Source: an uncultured Candidatus Saccharibacteria bacterium (lineage in GTDB: Bacteria; Patescibacteriota; Saccharimonadia; Saccharimonadales; JALRHH01). From it: a stretch of DNA of 64,000 nucleotides. A program made the position numbers and the translations under genes. The notes under the pieces were generated by a model that did not search any database, was not told the origin of the DNA, and saw nothing but the letters and a program-made list of their open reading frames with translations. The stretch's first letter is position 1; each line of letters opens with the position of its first letter. The DNA is taken from positions 65,304 through 129,303 of the forward strand of contig CAZXDT010000003.1 in NCBI GenBank assembly GCA_964639295.1, in the 5' to 3' direction. Positions 55,394 to 63,906 of this stretch are shown one piece after another.

Positions 55394-56449
55394 ATGATGT
55401 TAGACAAGCATAAACGGATACCATATTTGCAGACTCTTGCAAAACGCTTGTTTAGGCGTATAACGAGATATGAAGGCAAAAAAACAATGTTTGAACAAAA
55501 TAAAAATTTTGAAGTAAATTCCTCTTCTGCTCACCTCCTCAAGCTTGGTGGCGCTGTCTTGGCAGGGGCCCTATTGGCAACTGACTTTGCAAAGGGTTAC
55601 TACGAAGCATCTCAAAGACGAACCAACACTGAACTGTGCGCTAACAACTTGATGAATGCGGACCGAACACTCCTTTGGGAAGTAGGCTGTGCACAGGAAG
55701 GCAAAGAAGCCTACAGCCAGCTGGTCCAAAGAACCTCTGGGGTTAACATTATTGCCACTCGCCTTCCAGAAAAGAGCCCTTCGGGCACCATCGACGAAGA
55801 TGAAGCCAGTATGGTGACACTAGAGAAGCTACTCGAAACCGGTGCTTGGCACCCTGATATCGTTGCTGAATCCAGAGCCGCACTTAATGTAGTGAGATTA
55901 CTGCAAGTTGCTCACCGGACAGGTATTGCCGAGCAGCTAGGTGGATTTGGCACAGTCGTGTTCAATGCGTCGCCCCATGATGGTAATGACATTACACCAT
56001 CCAGAAGTCGATGGCTTAATGGTGCGATCGGTTTACAATATTCCGCAACCGCTGAGCGTCTAAAACAACGTGTTTTACAGGGCACAACCCATAGTTCTCT
56101 TGGGCGTACCCCGCTGACCAAAACCGCCGCAGAAGGCCGGAGTATCCGTCGAGCACCAGCTGTTAATCCCATCCCACCAATTATCGATAAGCTTATTTAT
56201 GTACGCGGGCAATACCACGACCCAACTGTTTACGCTGCCCAAGCAGCTGAAAAGTGGCGTGCAGACGCACCAGCGGGGACATTTGAAGAATATATTGACC
56301 TCTCGCGCACCGTAGGTACACACATTGGTAATGGGGAACGGTTCGATTTACTCCTTGAACTAGTGGGAGTGGTACCAAATACTGCTACGGAGGAACCACT
56401 AGCCGAGGAAGTTACCATACACTTCAACCACCAAGCGCAAGCTGCCTAA
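55394..56449 (+). CDS. Hypothetical protein with one N-terminal TM segment (probable start ATG 55487)
   Basis: Long ORF. The ATG at 55487 is preceded by GAAGG and followed by LLKLGGAVLAGALLA. Confidence 0.55.
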   Translation: MMLDKHKRIPYLQTLAKRLFRRITRYEGKKTMFEQNKNFEVNSSSAHLLKLGGAVLAGALLATDFAKGYYEASQRRTNTELCANNLMNADRTLLWEVGCAQEGKEAYSQLVQRTSGVNIIATRLPEKSPSGTIDEDEASMVTLEKLLETGAWHPDIVAESRAALNVVRLLQVAHRTGIAEQLGGFGTVVFNASPHDGNDITPSRSRWLNGAIGLQYSATAERLKQRVLQGTTHSSLGRTPLTKTAAEGRSIRRAPAVNPIPPIIDKLIYVRGQYHDPTVYAAQAAEKWRADAPAGTFEEYIDLSRTVGTHIGNGERFDLLLELVGVVPNTATEEPLAEEVTIHFNHQAQAA

Positions 56450-56513
56450 TACCCTACCCCTTGCCAAGTAGGCGTATAATAGTTTCTAAGGAAGTTTTTT
56501 AATAAAAACAGAT

Positions 56514-56951
56514 ATGAGATACGAAACACAACGAGTACCTATCCTCTCGACAAGAGTAGCGATTGAACATAAAGGCCGTATAGCGATGGCTGCTCGTGCA
56601 AGCGGTGAGCAAGCAGGCTTGTTTGAGTTTTTTGGCGGCGGTATTGAAGAACACGAAACCCCCTTTTTAGCTGCTGACCGCGAAGTGAGCGAGGAGTTCC
56701 GATTTCCTGTTAGGTTCTTAAGCCATGAACCATTAGATACTAGATACGAAATCAAACACGGCCGACGTGCCGGCACCATAGTAAAGGTTGCTTGTTTCCT
56801 GGCTGCAGCCGAAAGTTTTGATATGGGGCTCAATTCAGAGATCCACTTGCCTGATTCAGGAATTTGGGTGGCGCCTGCCGAGATCCCACAAATGAATAAT
56901 GTTACCCCTGCTAGTTTACTGGCCATAGATAAACTGAGCGTACTGTTATAG
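56514..56951 (+). CDS. NUDIX hydrolase
   Basis: Nudix box GGGIEEHETPFLAADREVSEEF. Confidence 0.8.
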   Translation: MRYETQRVPILSTRVAIEHKGRIAMAARASGEQAGLFEFFGGGIEEHETPFLAADREVSEEFRFPVRFLSHEPLDTRYEIKHGRRAGTIVKVACFLAAAESFDMGLNSEIHLPDSGIWVAPAEIPQMNNVTPASLLAIDKLSVLL

Positions 56952-56952
56952 T

Positions 56953-56984
56953 AAAAGCCCCTCGTGATGAGGGGCTTTTTATTT
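56953..56984. terminator. Bidirectional rho-independent terminator
   Basis: The gcccctc-gtgat-gaggggc hairpin is flanked by AAAA and TTTTTATTT. Confidence 0.75.
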
Positions 56985-57291
56985 AGGCAGCGATGATTAT
57001 GTATCGCTTAGTTCTGCTACTGACGCGGCGGAGCTTTTTGCTCGTCTGACGTTTTGCAGGACGAATGTCTTGTATTAACATGACGATATTAGCAGTAGAT
57101 ATCACTGAAATCTTTATCAAGACTTATGATTTCTTCGCTGTTTGTTGGCAATAATTCATATGCCAACTGAGGAAGAGTGAGTACACTCACTGCTGTTCCT
57201 TTCTTTTTATATTTATTTGATAGTTTTTGTTTTATCTAGATATAACAGTACTTATTATACATAAGTTTGCTTATTTGTCAATAAGCTTATG

Positions 57292-57561
57292 CTAGTCTTG
57301 AGTACTTTGAGCTGTCTCGTGGGGAGCTTCCCACTCCTGCCTAATAAGCATCGCTAAGTGTTCGGTGCGTGTTACGAAGTCGGTACGGGTATCAAACTGC
57401 TGATCAGGGGAAAACAAACGCAAAAATGATATTACTTCCGGTTTGAAATTCCACATTCTCGCAATACGTAGAATTTCCCTGCGAGTGACGGGGTAGGATG
57501 TGGCCAGTTTACTGAGCCAAATAATGTCCTTCTCACTCGGAAGTCGATTGGTATAGTTCAT
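57292..57561 (-). CDS. Hypothetical small protein (possibly DUF2795-like)
   Basis: The ATG at 57561 is preceded by a perfect AGGAGGT SD. The motif ...YPVTRREILRIARMWNFKPEVISFLRLF... is reminiscent of DUF2795. This assignment is weak. Confidence 0.6.
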   Translation of the reverse strand: MNYTNRLPSEKDIIWLSKLATSYPVTRREILRIARMWNFKPEVISFLRLFSPDQQFDTRTDFVTRTEHLAMLIRQEWEAPHETAQSTQD

Positions 57562-57654
57562 ACTTACCTCCTGCACAAAATTACTTCTGTACATACACTA
57601 CTATAGGCTAAGGCAGTATAAACTTTTGTCGGAAATATCACATTGTGAAGTGTA

Positions 57655-57825
57655 CTAAGATTTTTTCTCAGAATCCGATTTTTTGGACTGCAACAAGTAC
57701 ACAATAAGACCTGAGGCTATCAGTAGAAATCCGATGCCGAGTAGTAGCTGCCCATTGCTACCGTTATGCTCTACAGCTGCCACTGCTTCTGTTGCGTGAT
57801 CATGGCCTTCATGCGCAAATATCAA
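57655..57825 (-). CDS. Possible 56-aa ORF (TTG start) with a His-rich N-terminus and a C-terminal TM helix plus basic tail
   Basis: (M)IFAHEGHDHATEAV...GQLLLGIGFLLIASGLIVYLLQSKKSDSEKKS. It starts 3 nt after the stop of the upstream gene, in a different frame. No SD. Confidence 0.3.
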   Translation of the reverse strand: MIFAHEGHDHATEAVAAVEHNGSNGQLLLGIGFLLIASGLIVYLLQSKKSDSEKKS

Positions 57826-57827
57826 GA

Positions 57828-58574
57828 TCACAGACCCTCTGTCACACCCTTATCGTCTTCTGGCATTACTGCAGGTTGCTGTTGCTGAGGAAATTCAATG
57901 GGGTCTACCTCAGAAGTGAAGACTGATATTATTTTTACGCAATTAAAGTTAGATGATATCGCGGCTGGGCTGGGCTGGGAGAAAGCAATGTTAGTATCAA
58001 AGGTACAGCTCACGCCATTAGTTGTCTTAGAATAAAAAGCATCGGGGGTGTAGTCAATACCGTTGGCAGCTCCAGAAACTAGCTTATTGAGAGAAGCGTA
58101 CTCACTCTCATTGTTGAATGTTCCGTTCCAGTTATTTGCCTGTAGCTGTTCTTGAACACTGGCAGCAGTATCAACAATCTGTTTCTTGCCAACTTCGTCA
58201 GTTGGCACTTCCATATATCCATGCACGTTATAGCTACAATATACCTGCTCTGTGAACCCCTCGGCAGACAGCAGCGTACAGTTATGTGTAACTTCAGAAT
58301 CTTTATACCCCATGGCCGTCAATGGATCGCCCAGGATCGCAAGTTCAGTCTCGGCTGCCTTGGTTACTTCAGACGCATGGAACACGGAAACAGCCTTGGG
58401 CACAACTGTTACACGGACCCAACTTCTTGATAGATACAGTACAGCAAACAGTACCAGGACCACACCTAGAACATATGTAAGTATGCGGAACTTTTTGTCT
58501 GTCCATACTGTAGTTAATCGTACGCTTGTAGATTGTTTCTTGACGGGTTTCTTGCTTGATTTCCGAGTAGCCAT
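57828..58574 (-). CDS. Hypothetical N-terminally membrane-anchored extracytoplasmic protein
   Basis: The ATG at 58574 is preceded by GAGGTGGAG. Basic N-terminus plus a TM helix (ILTYVLGVVLVLFAVLYL). Confidence 0.6.
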   Translation of the reverse strand: MATRKSSKKPVKKQSTSVRLTTVWTDKKFRILTYVLGVVLVLFAVLYLSRSWVRVTVVPKAVSVFHASEVTKAAETELAILGDPLTAMGYKDSEVTHNCTLLSAEGFTEQVYCSYNVHGYMEVPTDEVGKKQIVDTAASVQEQLQANNWNGTFNNESEYASLNKLVSGAANGIDYTPDAFYSKTTNGVSCTFDTNIAFSQPSPAAISSNFNCVKIISVFTSEVDPIEFPQQQQPAVMPEDDKGVTEGL

Positions 58575-58639
58575 GGCTCCACCTCTTATATTAAGCATAA
58601 CTATAATCTAGAGAACGCTCTTGGGCAATACTTTAGGGG

Positions 58640-59068
58640 TTATTCAGTAAATGCGTCTGTGATTCGACAAATATACTGAGCGAGATCAGCTTGCTCGCTG
58701 GCGGTCAGAGGGGCAAGTAGCTGGCTATTAACTATAGTCACAGCTTCTAATAATTGGGCTCTTAGTTTAACGCCCGCAGGCTCTAGATAAATAACCTTGA
58801 TACGTCGATCAGCTGGGTCCTGTTTGCGGGTCACGAGTCCCATGTCCTCTAGCCCATCAATGATACCAGTGATATTCGCAGGGTCACATGAATGGGCTTG
58901 GCTGTAACTTTTCATGGAACGTGGTTTTGCATCGTCTACAAGTAATAATGCAAAAGCTTGTGGGCCAGAAAGATCAAATTGAGCAGCAGCCACGGCCACG
59001 TTTTGTTTGGCGCGAAGCAAGAAACTGATAAGTTCCCTATGGAAGGTAGTTGGTAACGGTGAAGACAT
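58640..59068 (-). CDS. MarR family transcriptional regulator
   Basis: Winged-helix core (...LSGPQAFALLLV...ANITGIIDGLEDMGLVTRKQDPADRRIKVIYLEPAG). Divergent from the MFS gene. Confidence 0.85.
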   Translation of the reverse strand: MSSPLPTTFHRELISFLLRAKQNVAVAAAQFDLSGPQAFALLLVDDAKPRSMKSYSQAHSCDPANITGIIDGLEDMGLVTRKQDPADRRIKVIYLEPAGVKLRAQLLEAVTIVNSQLLAPLTASEQADLAQYICRITDAFTE

Positions 59069-59089
59069 AATAATTTCCTTACAAAATGC

Positions 59090-59119
59090 TTGACAGTGTC
59101 AATCATTGACATTTACAAT
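59090..59119 (+). promoter_or_regulatory. Sigma-70 promoter of the MFS gene with an embedded 7-1-7 palindrome (candidate MarR operator)
   Basis: TTGACA (59090-59095), 18 nt, then TACAAT (59114-59119). The spacer contains TGTCAAT-C-ATTGACA (59097-59111). Confidence 0.6.
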
Positions 59120-59172
59120 TATCTCGTACAGTAATTCTACTACACCTTTTAACAAACAATCAAGGAGTTCCT

Positions 59173-60624
59173 ATGAAAGAAAAAGCCCGTAGCCACTGGC
59201 TTATCCTCATTGTCCTGGCGCTCGCACAGTTCATGATCGTCTTGGACGTATCAATTGTGAACGTTGCCCTGCCAGCAATGCAGAGAGCATTTAATATGTC
59301 GCAGACAAATCTGCAGTGGATTATCACCGCCTATACACTGGCATTTGGTGGTTTCTTAATGTTTGGCGGACGCGCCGCCGACTTGTTTGGCCGTAAGCGT
59401 ATGTTCCTTATCGGTACAGCCCTATTTGGCGTTGCATCCCTGCTTGATGGGCTTGCTACATCTGAAACCATGCTCATCTTGCTTCGAGGTGCTCAGGGTC
59501 TAGCCGCTGCATTAATGTCACCTGCCGCATTGTCAATCGTTCTAGTAACTTATAAAGAGGGTCACGAACGAAACGTGGCTCTATCAGTATGGGGTGCCGT
59601 AGCCTCCGGTGGCGCCGCTGCTGGCGTGCTACTCGGTGGAATTATTACTGAATACCTCGGTTGGCGCTGGAACTTCTTTGTTAACGTACCTGTAGCATTG
59701 GCGGTCTTCTACGCAACATGGAGATTAGTCGATAGCCATGAATCAGAGGAAACACATACTGATCTAGACCTTCCAGGTGCGATTTCTATTACTGGAGCAC
59801 TGATGTTGCTCGTATATGGTCTTGTTAAAGCACCTTCTGTTGGATGGACAGCACACAGCTCTCTACTCTTCTTTGCAAGTAGTATCGCGTTGGTTGCATT
59901 CTTTATCTTCAATGAATCACGCGTTAAAAACCCGTTGGTACCGCTCAATATCTTCAAGATTCGTAACGTTACTGCGTCTAACTTAGTACAATTGCCTATC
60001 ATTGCCGGCATGTACTCTGTGTTTTTCTTCATCACTCTGTATGTGCAGACAGTACTTGGCTACTCACCAGTTAAAACAGGATTTAGCTTCTTGGTTATCC
60101 CGTTTGTTATTGGTCTGACCGCAACCAATGTGCCTCGTATTATCCAAAAGGTAGGCTTCAAGCCAATTCTGGTGGTCGCACCGCTTATCACTGCGAGCGC
60201 CTTGTTCTGGCTGTCACACATCCGGGTAAATGGCACATACGCACACGATATCTTGCCAGGATTCATCCTGATGGGGCTTGGTATGGGTGCTACATTTGTG
60301 GCTATCACTATTGCCGCAACTAGTGGTGTACCAGCCAAGAAGTCTGGTCTTGCATCCGGATTACTTAATACATCCCAACAAATTGGTGGTGCATTAGGCT
60401 TGGCTATATTGACGGGCGTGGCTACATCTAGTGCTGCAAATCACCTCAATAAAGTGTCTGGAGCTCACGACCAGCTTGCCCAGGTAACTGCACGAGTACA
60501 AGGCTTCCACACTGCGTTCTATGTAGCAACAGGGTTTATGATAACTGCATCAATCCTTGCTATGTTGCTTATTAAGCAGCAAAAGGGCAACAAAATTGAT
60601 CCTCAGGCTTTGATGCCTCACTAG
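59173..60624 (+). CDS. MFS drug:H+ antiporter, DHA2 (EmrB/QacA, 14-TM) family
   Basis: 14 predicted TM helices, motif A-like GRAADLFGRKRMF, and AAGGAG SD upstream. Confidence 0.88.
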   Translation: MKEKARSHWLILIVLALAQFMIVLDVSIVNVALPAMQRAFNMSQTNLQWIITAYTLAFGGFLMFGGRAADLFGRKRMFLIGTALFGVASLLDGLATSETMLILLRGAQGLAAALMSPAALSIVLVTYKEGHERNVALSVWGAVASGGAAAGVLLGGIITEYLGWRWNFFVNVPVALAVFYATWRLVDSHESEETHTDLDLPGAISITGALMLLVYGLVKAPSVGWTAHSSLLFFASSIALVAFFIFNESRVKNPLVPLNIFKIRNVTASNLVQLPIIAGMYSVFFFITLYVQTVLGYSPVKTGFSFLVIPFVIGLTATNVPRIIQKVGFKPILVVAPLITASALFWLSHIRVNGTYAHDILPGFILMGLGMGATFVAITIAATSGVPAKKSGLASGLLNTSQQIGGALGLAILTGVATSSAANHLNKVSGAHDQLAQVTARVQGFHTAFYVATGFMITASILAMLLIKQQKGNKIDPQALMPH

Positions 60625-60640
60625 GATGCATTCCTCATAT

Positions 60641-60672
60641 AAAAAGCCGCCTGTGATGGGCGGCTTTTTATA
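60641..60672 (+). terminator. Rho-independent terminator after the MFS gene
   Basis: The agccgcc-tgtgat-gggcggct hairpin is followed by TTTTTAT. Confidence 0.75.
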
Positions 60673-60684
60673 TGACTGCTATGT

Positions 60685-60936
60685 CTAGACTCGGAGACGA
60701 GTAGACAGGCGCAGGTTAGAAATATAGTGCTGTGGATCAACGTTTGGGTGCGTGTTGAGGTAATGCATGTGACGATCAACAAACGGCATCAAGTTATCTG
60801 GATACTGCTCACTATCGGTGCTGTAGCTTGGCTTGGTATTAAATGCTTCGTCGGCAATCATGTCGCGGAGTGTTTCCTTAACCTGCTGGCCAATTTCTGA
60901 TTCAAAGAAGTTAATGCGCTTTTTAGTGCTCGCCAT
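60685..60936 (-). CDS. Hypothetical 83-aa protein
   Basis: An ORF 2 nt downstream of a 20-codon sORF. No recognisable family. Confidence 0.5.
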   Translation of the reverse strand: MASTKKRINFFESEIGQQVKETLRDMIADEAFNTKPSYSTDSEQYPDNLMPFVDRHMHYLNTHPNVDPQHYISNLRLSTRLRV

Positions 60937-60938
60937 GG

Positions 60939-61001
60939 CTATACCTTAGCCTTGCTCTGCTTAGGTTTTTTTACTTCTTTACGGCCTTTGTCTCTGGACA
61001 T
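60939..61001 (-). CDS. Possible 20-codon ORF encoding a highly basic peptide (MSRDKGRKEVKKPKQSKAKV)
   Basis: GGGAGA lies 8 nt upstream of the ATG at 61001. The stop is 2 nt before the next ATG. Confidence 0.35.
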   Translation of the reverse strand: MSRDKGRKEVKKPKQSKAKV

Positions 61002-61153
61002 TGTAATATCTCCCGTTAATTATTGGAGTAGTCCAACGACAATCTTTTAGCTAGCAGAACTAGAAGTTTTTGGGCTATCGATGGCCTAATTACTTCTTAG
61101 TATACGCCCGTCCGACGCTATAACCTAATCACGTAACAGATACACGTTGGGTG

Positions 61154-61942
61154 TTAGCGAATGAAGTACTCGACGGTCACCGAGTAGTGGAGCTCGTTTT
61201 CGCCTGGTTGAACGGCAAGTTGTGTTGTTTTTCTACTGTCCTCGGCTACGCTCAAAGCAACCCCTGAACAAAGGCCACCACCACAACCGCCACCACTGAA
61301 TCCACCGTCATCAAGGCTCTTTACCTTGCCGACTTTGAATCCGAGGTTATTGGCGGACTGATCAGCTTTCTTGCGGGCCTCTTTTGTGGCTTCATCACGC
61401 GCTTGTTGCTCCAATTGTTTCTGCTTAGTATCACTAAAGACTGCTTGCGGGGATATAGCGCCTGTTGGAGAGGTTGTCGCTAGATAATCTTGTGTCTTTT
61501 GAGCTAGCTCTTTATTATCTACCCTGATTGTTAGCTGTAGACTGTAAGTGAAAACTTTGGATGATGGATCGTAGTAATAGGTGTAGCCTTCGTAGCCACT
61601 CGAGCTAGTCTTAATGTTTTTGTCAGACACACCTAGCTCTTTTACTTTTTTGGTGATCTCGTCGCTCTTCTTAGTCAAATCCACAAGTGAAACCGCCTTA
61701 TCAGCATTCTTAAACTCGTAGGTGGGTGAGAATACGAACTCATCGGGTGCTGCTTTTACAGTAGACTCACCCGTTACCTTGACTACTCGATTGGTATCGG
61801 AGGTATCGGTTGTCCATGGCCTCCATAGGGCTAACATTGCAGCGATTACAACCAGCAGTACTATACAGAGGTACTTTGGGTTTACTGAAACCTTTATATA
61901 GCCATTTTTAGCAGGCTGAGGGGTCGGCGTATTATTATCCAT
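61154..61942 (-). CDS. SIMPL (DUF541) domain protein with an N-terminal membrane anchor
   Basis: TM helix, then VTGESTVKAAPDEFVF... and ...QQARDEATKEARKKADQSANNLGFKVGKV..., which is typical of SIMPL/BP26-like proteins. Confidence 0.7.
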   Translation of the reverse strand: MDNNTPTPQPAKNGYIKVSVNPKYLCIVLLVVIAAMLALWRPWTTDTSDTNRVVKVTGESTVKAAPDEFVFSPTYEFKNADKAVSLVDLTKKSDEITKKVKELGVSDKNIKTSSSGYEGYTYYYDPSSKVFTYSLQLTIRVDNKELAQKTQDYLATTSPTGAISPQAVFSDTKQKQLEQQARDEATKEARKKADQSANNLGFKVGKVKSLDDGGFSGGGCGGGLCSGVALSVAEDSRKTTQLAVQPGENELHYSVTVEYFIR

Positions 61943-61998
61943 TTAGACACTCCAATTAATACCTTAGAGTGTGCGCCAGCGACTGGTATTTTTCAACA

Positions 61999-63102
61999 CT
62001 AGTCTTGCTGGAGAGCATCTCGGAAGCTGTAGAAAGCAGGCTTTGGCTTATAGTCCTTATCAAACATCAATGGAGTCGCACTCGTGGTACCAGGCATGTA
62101 GTTATACCAGGTTTCTTTATCAGTTATACCCAGTGCCGAAAATGACACACAGACCTTGGATTCTATGCAAGCACGCATCATTTCGTAGTAAATGCCTGAT
62201 TGAATCTCATCTCGTGCTTTGGGGTCGGCCTTCACGTCATTCATGTTCACATCCAGTTCGGTCACGTATACTTTCACACCCAGCTGGCCAAAACGCCACA
62301 TATTAGCTACTACTTCGTCTTTAGTGGGTGGGTGCGTACCATCAATGTGCATTTGCATACCAATACCATCTATCGGTACACCACGAGCCTTCGCGACTTT
62401 AATATAGTCATACATGGCGTCAGAAACATCATTCTTCCCCTCATTCTGGAAGTCATTCAGTAGTAACTTGCTGTTTGGATCAGCTTGACGTGCCCAAATA
62501 AATGCTTGGTCGATATAACTCTGATCATTACCGGTATGATCAGCCCACCAGTCGTGGAGGCCGTACATGTGTTGGCCGCGAGTAAATGCCTCATTCACTA
62601 CACTCCAGTGGCTAACCTTACCTTTGTACCGAGCACCCATGGTAGCAATGTGGTTGTGCATGAGATCCATAAGCTGCTGCTTGCTATAGTTACCGTTTTT
62701 TAGCCAGTCGGGCAACCATTTCTCCTCACCCCATATATAGTGGTGCATCTCTATTTCCATATGATTCTTCTGGGCATAATTAACAACTTGATCCACTCGA
62801 CTAAAGTTAAATTTTGTGGGTCCGGGGCGTAAGTCCGCGTCTGTAAAGTGCCAGTTTGGCTGATTGTCCACCAGAGCTAAATCGAACTGTGATGTCAGGA
62901 TGTCGTTGTATGGCTTTTCATTGTACAACTTTGGCATCGCAAAATTGCCAAGTTTAAGATTGTGTTTTGCTGCCAATGCCTGCAACGAAGGCTCTGGAAG
63001 TTTTGGGGTTTCTGGCACCTTCGTACGCTGTAATTGCACAATAGTGGCAATTGTTAAAATCAATAGGGCAGTAGCGCCAAGATATTTGGGCTGTATACGC
63101 AT
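61999..63102 (-). CDS. Glycoside hydrolase family 10 endo-beta-1,4-xylanase, secreted or membrane-anchored
   Basis: N-terminal signal/TM. Acid/base motif WSVVNEAF and nucleophile motif YVTELDV. Confidence 0.85.
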   Translation of the reverse strand: MRIQPKYLGATALLILTIATIVQLQRTKVPETPKLPEPSLQALAAKHNLKLGNFAMPKLYNEKPYNDILTSQFDLALVDNQPNWHFTDADLRPGPTKFNFSRVDQVVNYAQKNHMEIEMHHYIWGEEKWLPDWLKNGNYSKQQLMDLMHNHIATMGARYKGKVSHWSVVNEAFTRGQHMYGLHDWWADHTGNDQSYIDQAFIWARQADPNSKLLLNDFQNEGKNDVSDAMYDYIKVAKARGVPIDGIGMQMHIDGTHPPTKDEVVANMWRFGQLGVKVYVTELDVNMNDVKADPKARDEIQSGIYYEMMRACIESKVCVSFSALGITDKETWYNYMPGTTSATPLMFDKDYKPKPAFYSFRDALQQD

Positions 63103-63116
63103 GTATTCTCCAATGG

Positions 63117-63290
63117 TTATTGTTTAGGAACTTTGCTACCTTCTTCGTGGGCTTTTGATAATCCTATCGCGATCGCTTGTTTGCGATCAGTAACTTTCTT
63201 GTGACTTCTGCCGGAGCGAAGTTTGCCTTGTTTCATTTCGTGCATTGCTTCGTGGACTTTTTCTCCAGCTTTTGGTCCGAACTTGTTCAT
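63117..63290 (-). CDS. Small conserved basic protein (57 aa; DUF6496-like ...RKQAIAIGLSKA... motif)
   Basis: AAGGAGGG SD 6 nt upstream of the ATG at 63290. Sequence: MNKFGPKAGEKVHEAMHEMKQGKLRSGRSHKKVTDRKQAIAIGLSKAHEEGSKVPKQ. It is below the ORF-track cutoff. Confidence 0.65.
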   Translation of the reverse strand: MNKFGPKAGEKVHEAMHEMKQGKLRSGRSHKKVTDRKQAIAIGLSKAHEEGSKVPKQ

Positions 63291-63416
63291 AGCATTCCCT
63301 CCTTAACTGTATACAGTGTGAAGCAAGATCTATTATTTAGCTGTAATATAATCTACACATATTGGTGTGACGAGAATCAATTACTTTAAAGTGGTTGTAG
63401 CCTACACTTCGGATAT

Positions 63417-63797
63417 ATGAAAACTATTTGTTCTGGGACTTACTCCCTGCGGAAGATTGACGAGAAGCGTAAGCTTCTCACTTTAGATAAGAAATCTTAC
63501 ATATGGGCCTCTTCAAATCCTGATTATCTAATACGGTGTGCAAAAAATGATAGCCTACCCCCGGTAATCTCAAAAGGTAAATTCTGGATGTTTGATGTGC
63601 TGAGCCGCACTAATTTGACTAAGGGCTTACACTTATCCATCGTTAAGACTCCTGGTGAGTGGGAAGCGTTTGTAATGCCCGATGGTCTGCCTAATAAACG
63701 TCAGCCCCAGATCAGCATTTTCCCAACAGAAGAGCGTATTGCGTGCCCAAATAAAAATACCCGTCAAAAGACAGGCATTATTGGTGGGAGTCATTGA
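63417..63797 (+). CDS. Hypothetical protein (126 aa)
   Basis: ORF only. No motif. Confidence 0.4.
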   Translation: MKTICSGTYSLRKIDEKRKLLTLDKKSYIWASSNPDYLIRCAKNDSLPPVISKGKFWMFDVLSRTNLTKGLHLSIVKTPGEWEAFVMPDGLPNKRQPQISIFPTEERIACPNKNTRQKTGIIGGSH

Positions 63798-63906
63798 CTC
63801 GAATTGGAATCAGATACTGACTTATCTAAAGGAACTGCATAGGGAGCTTTCATTGACTGAAGGAGCTTCCCCATATACAACTACCAGACTATCTTAGAAT
63901 CAGATG

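Noticed and set aside
56985-57120. Minus-strand basic mini-ORF (…MLIQDIRPAKRQTSKKLRRVSSRTKRYIIIAA) ending at the bidirectional terminator.
   Set aside because: It has no SD and an ambiguous start (TTG, GTG or ATG). It may be a remnant of an N-terminal gene fragment. Evidence is insufficient to call a CDS.
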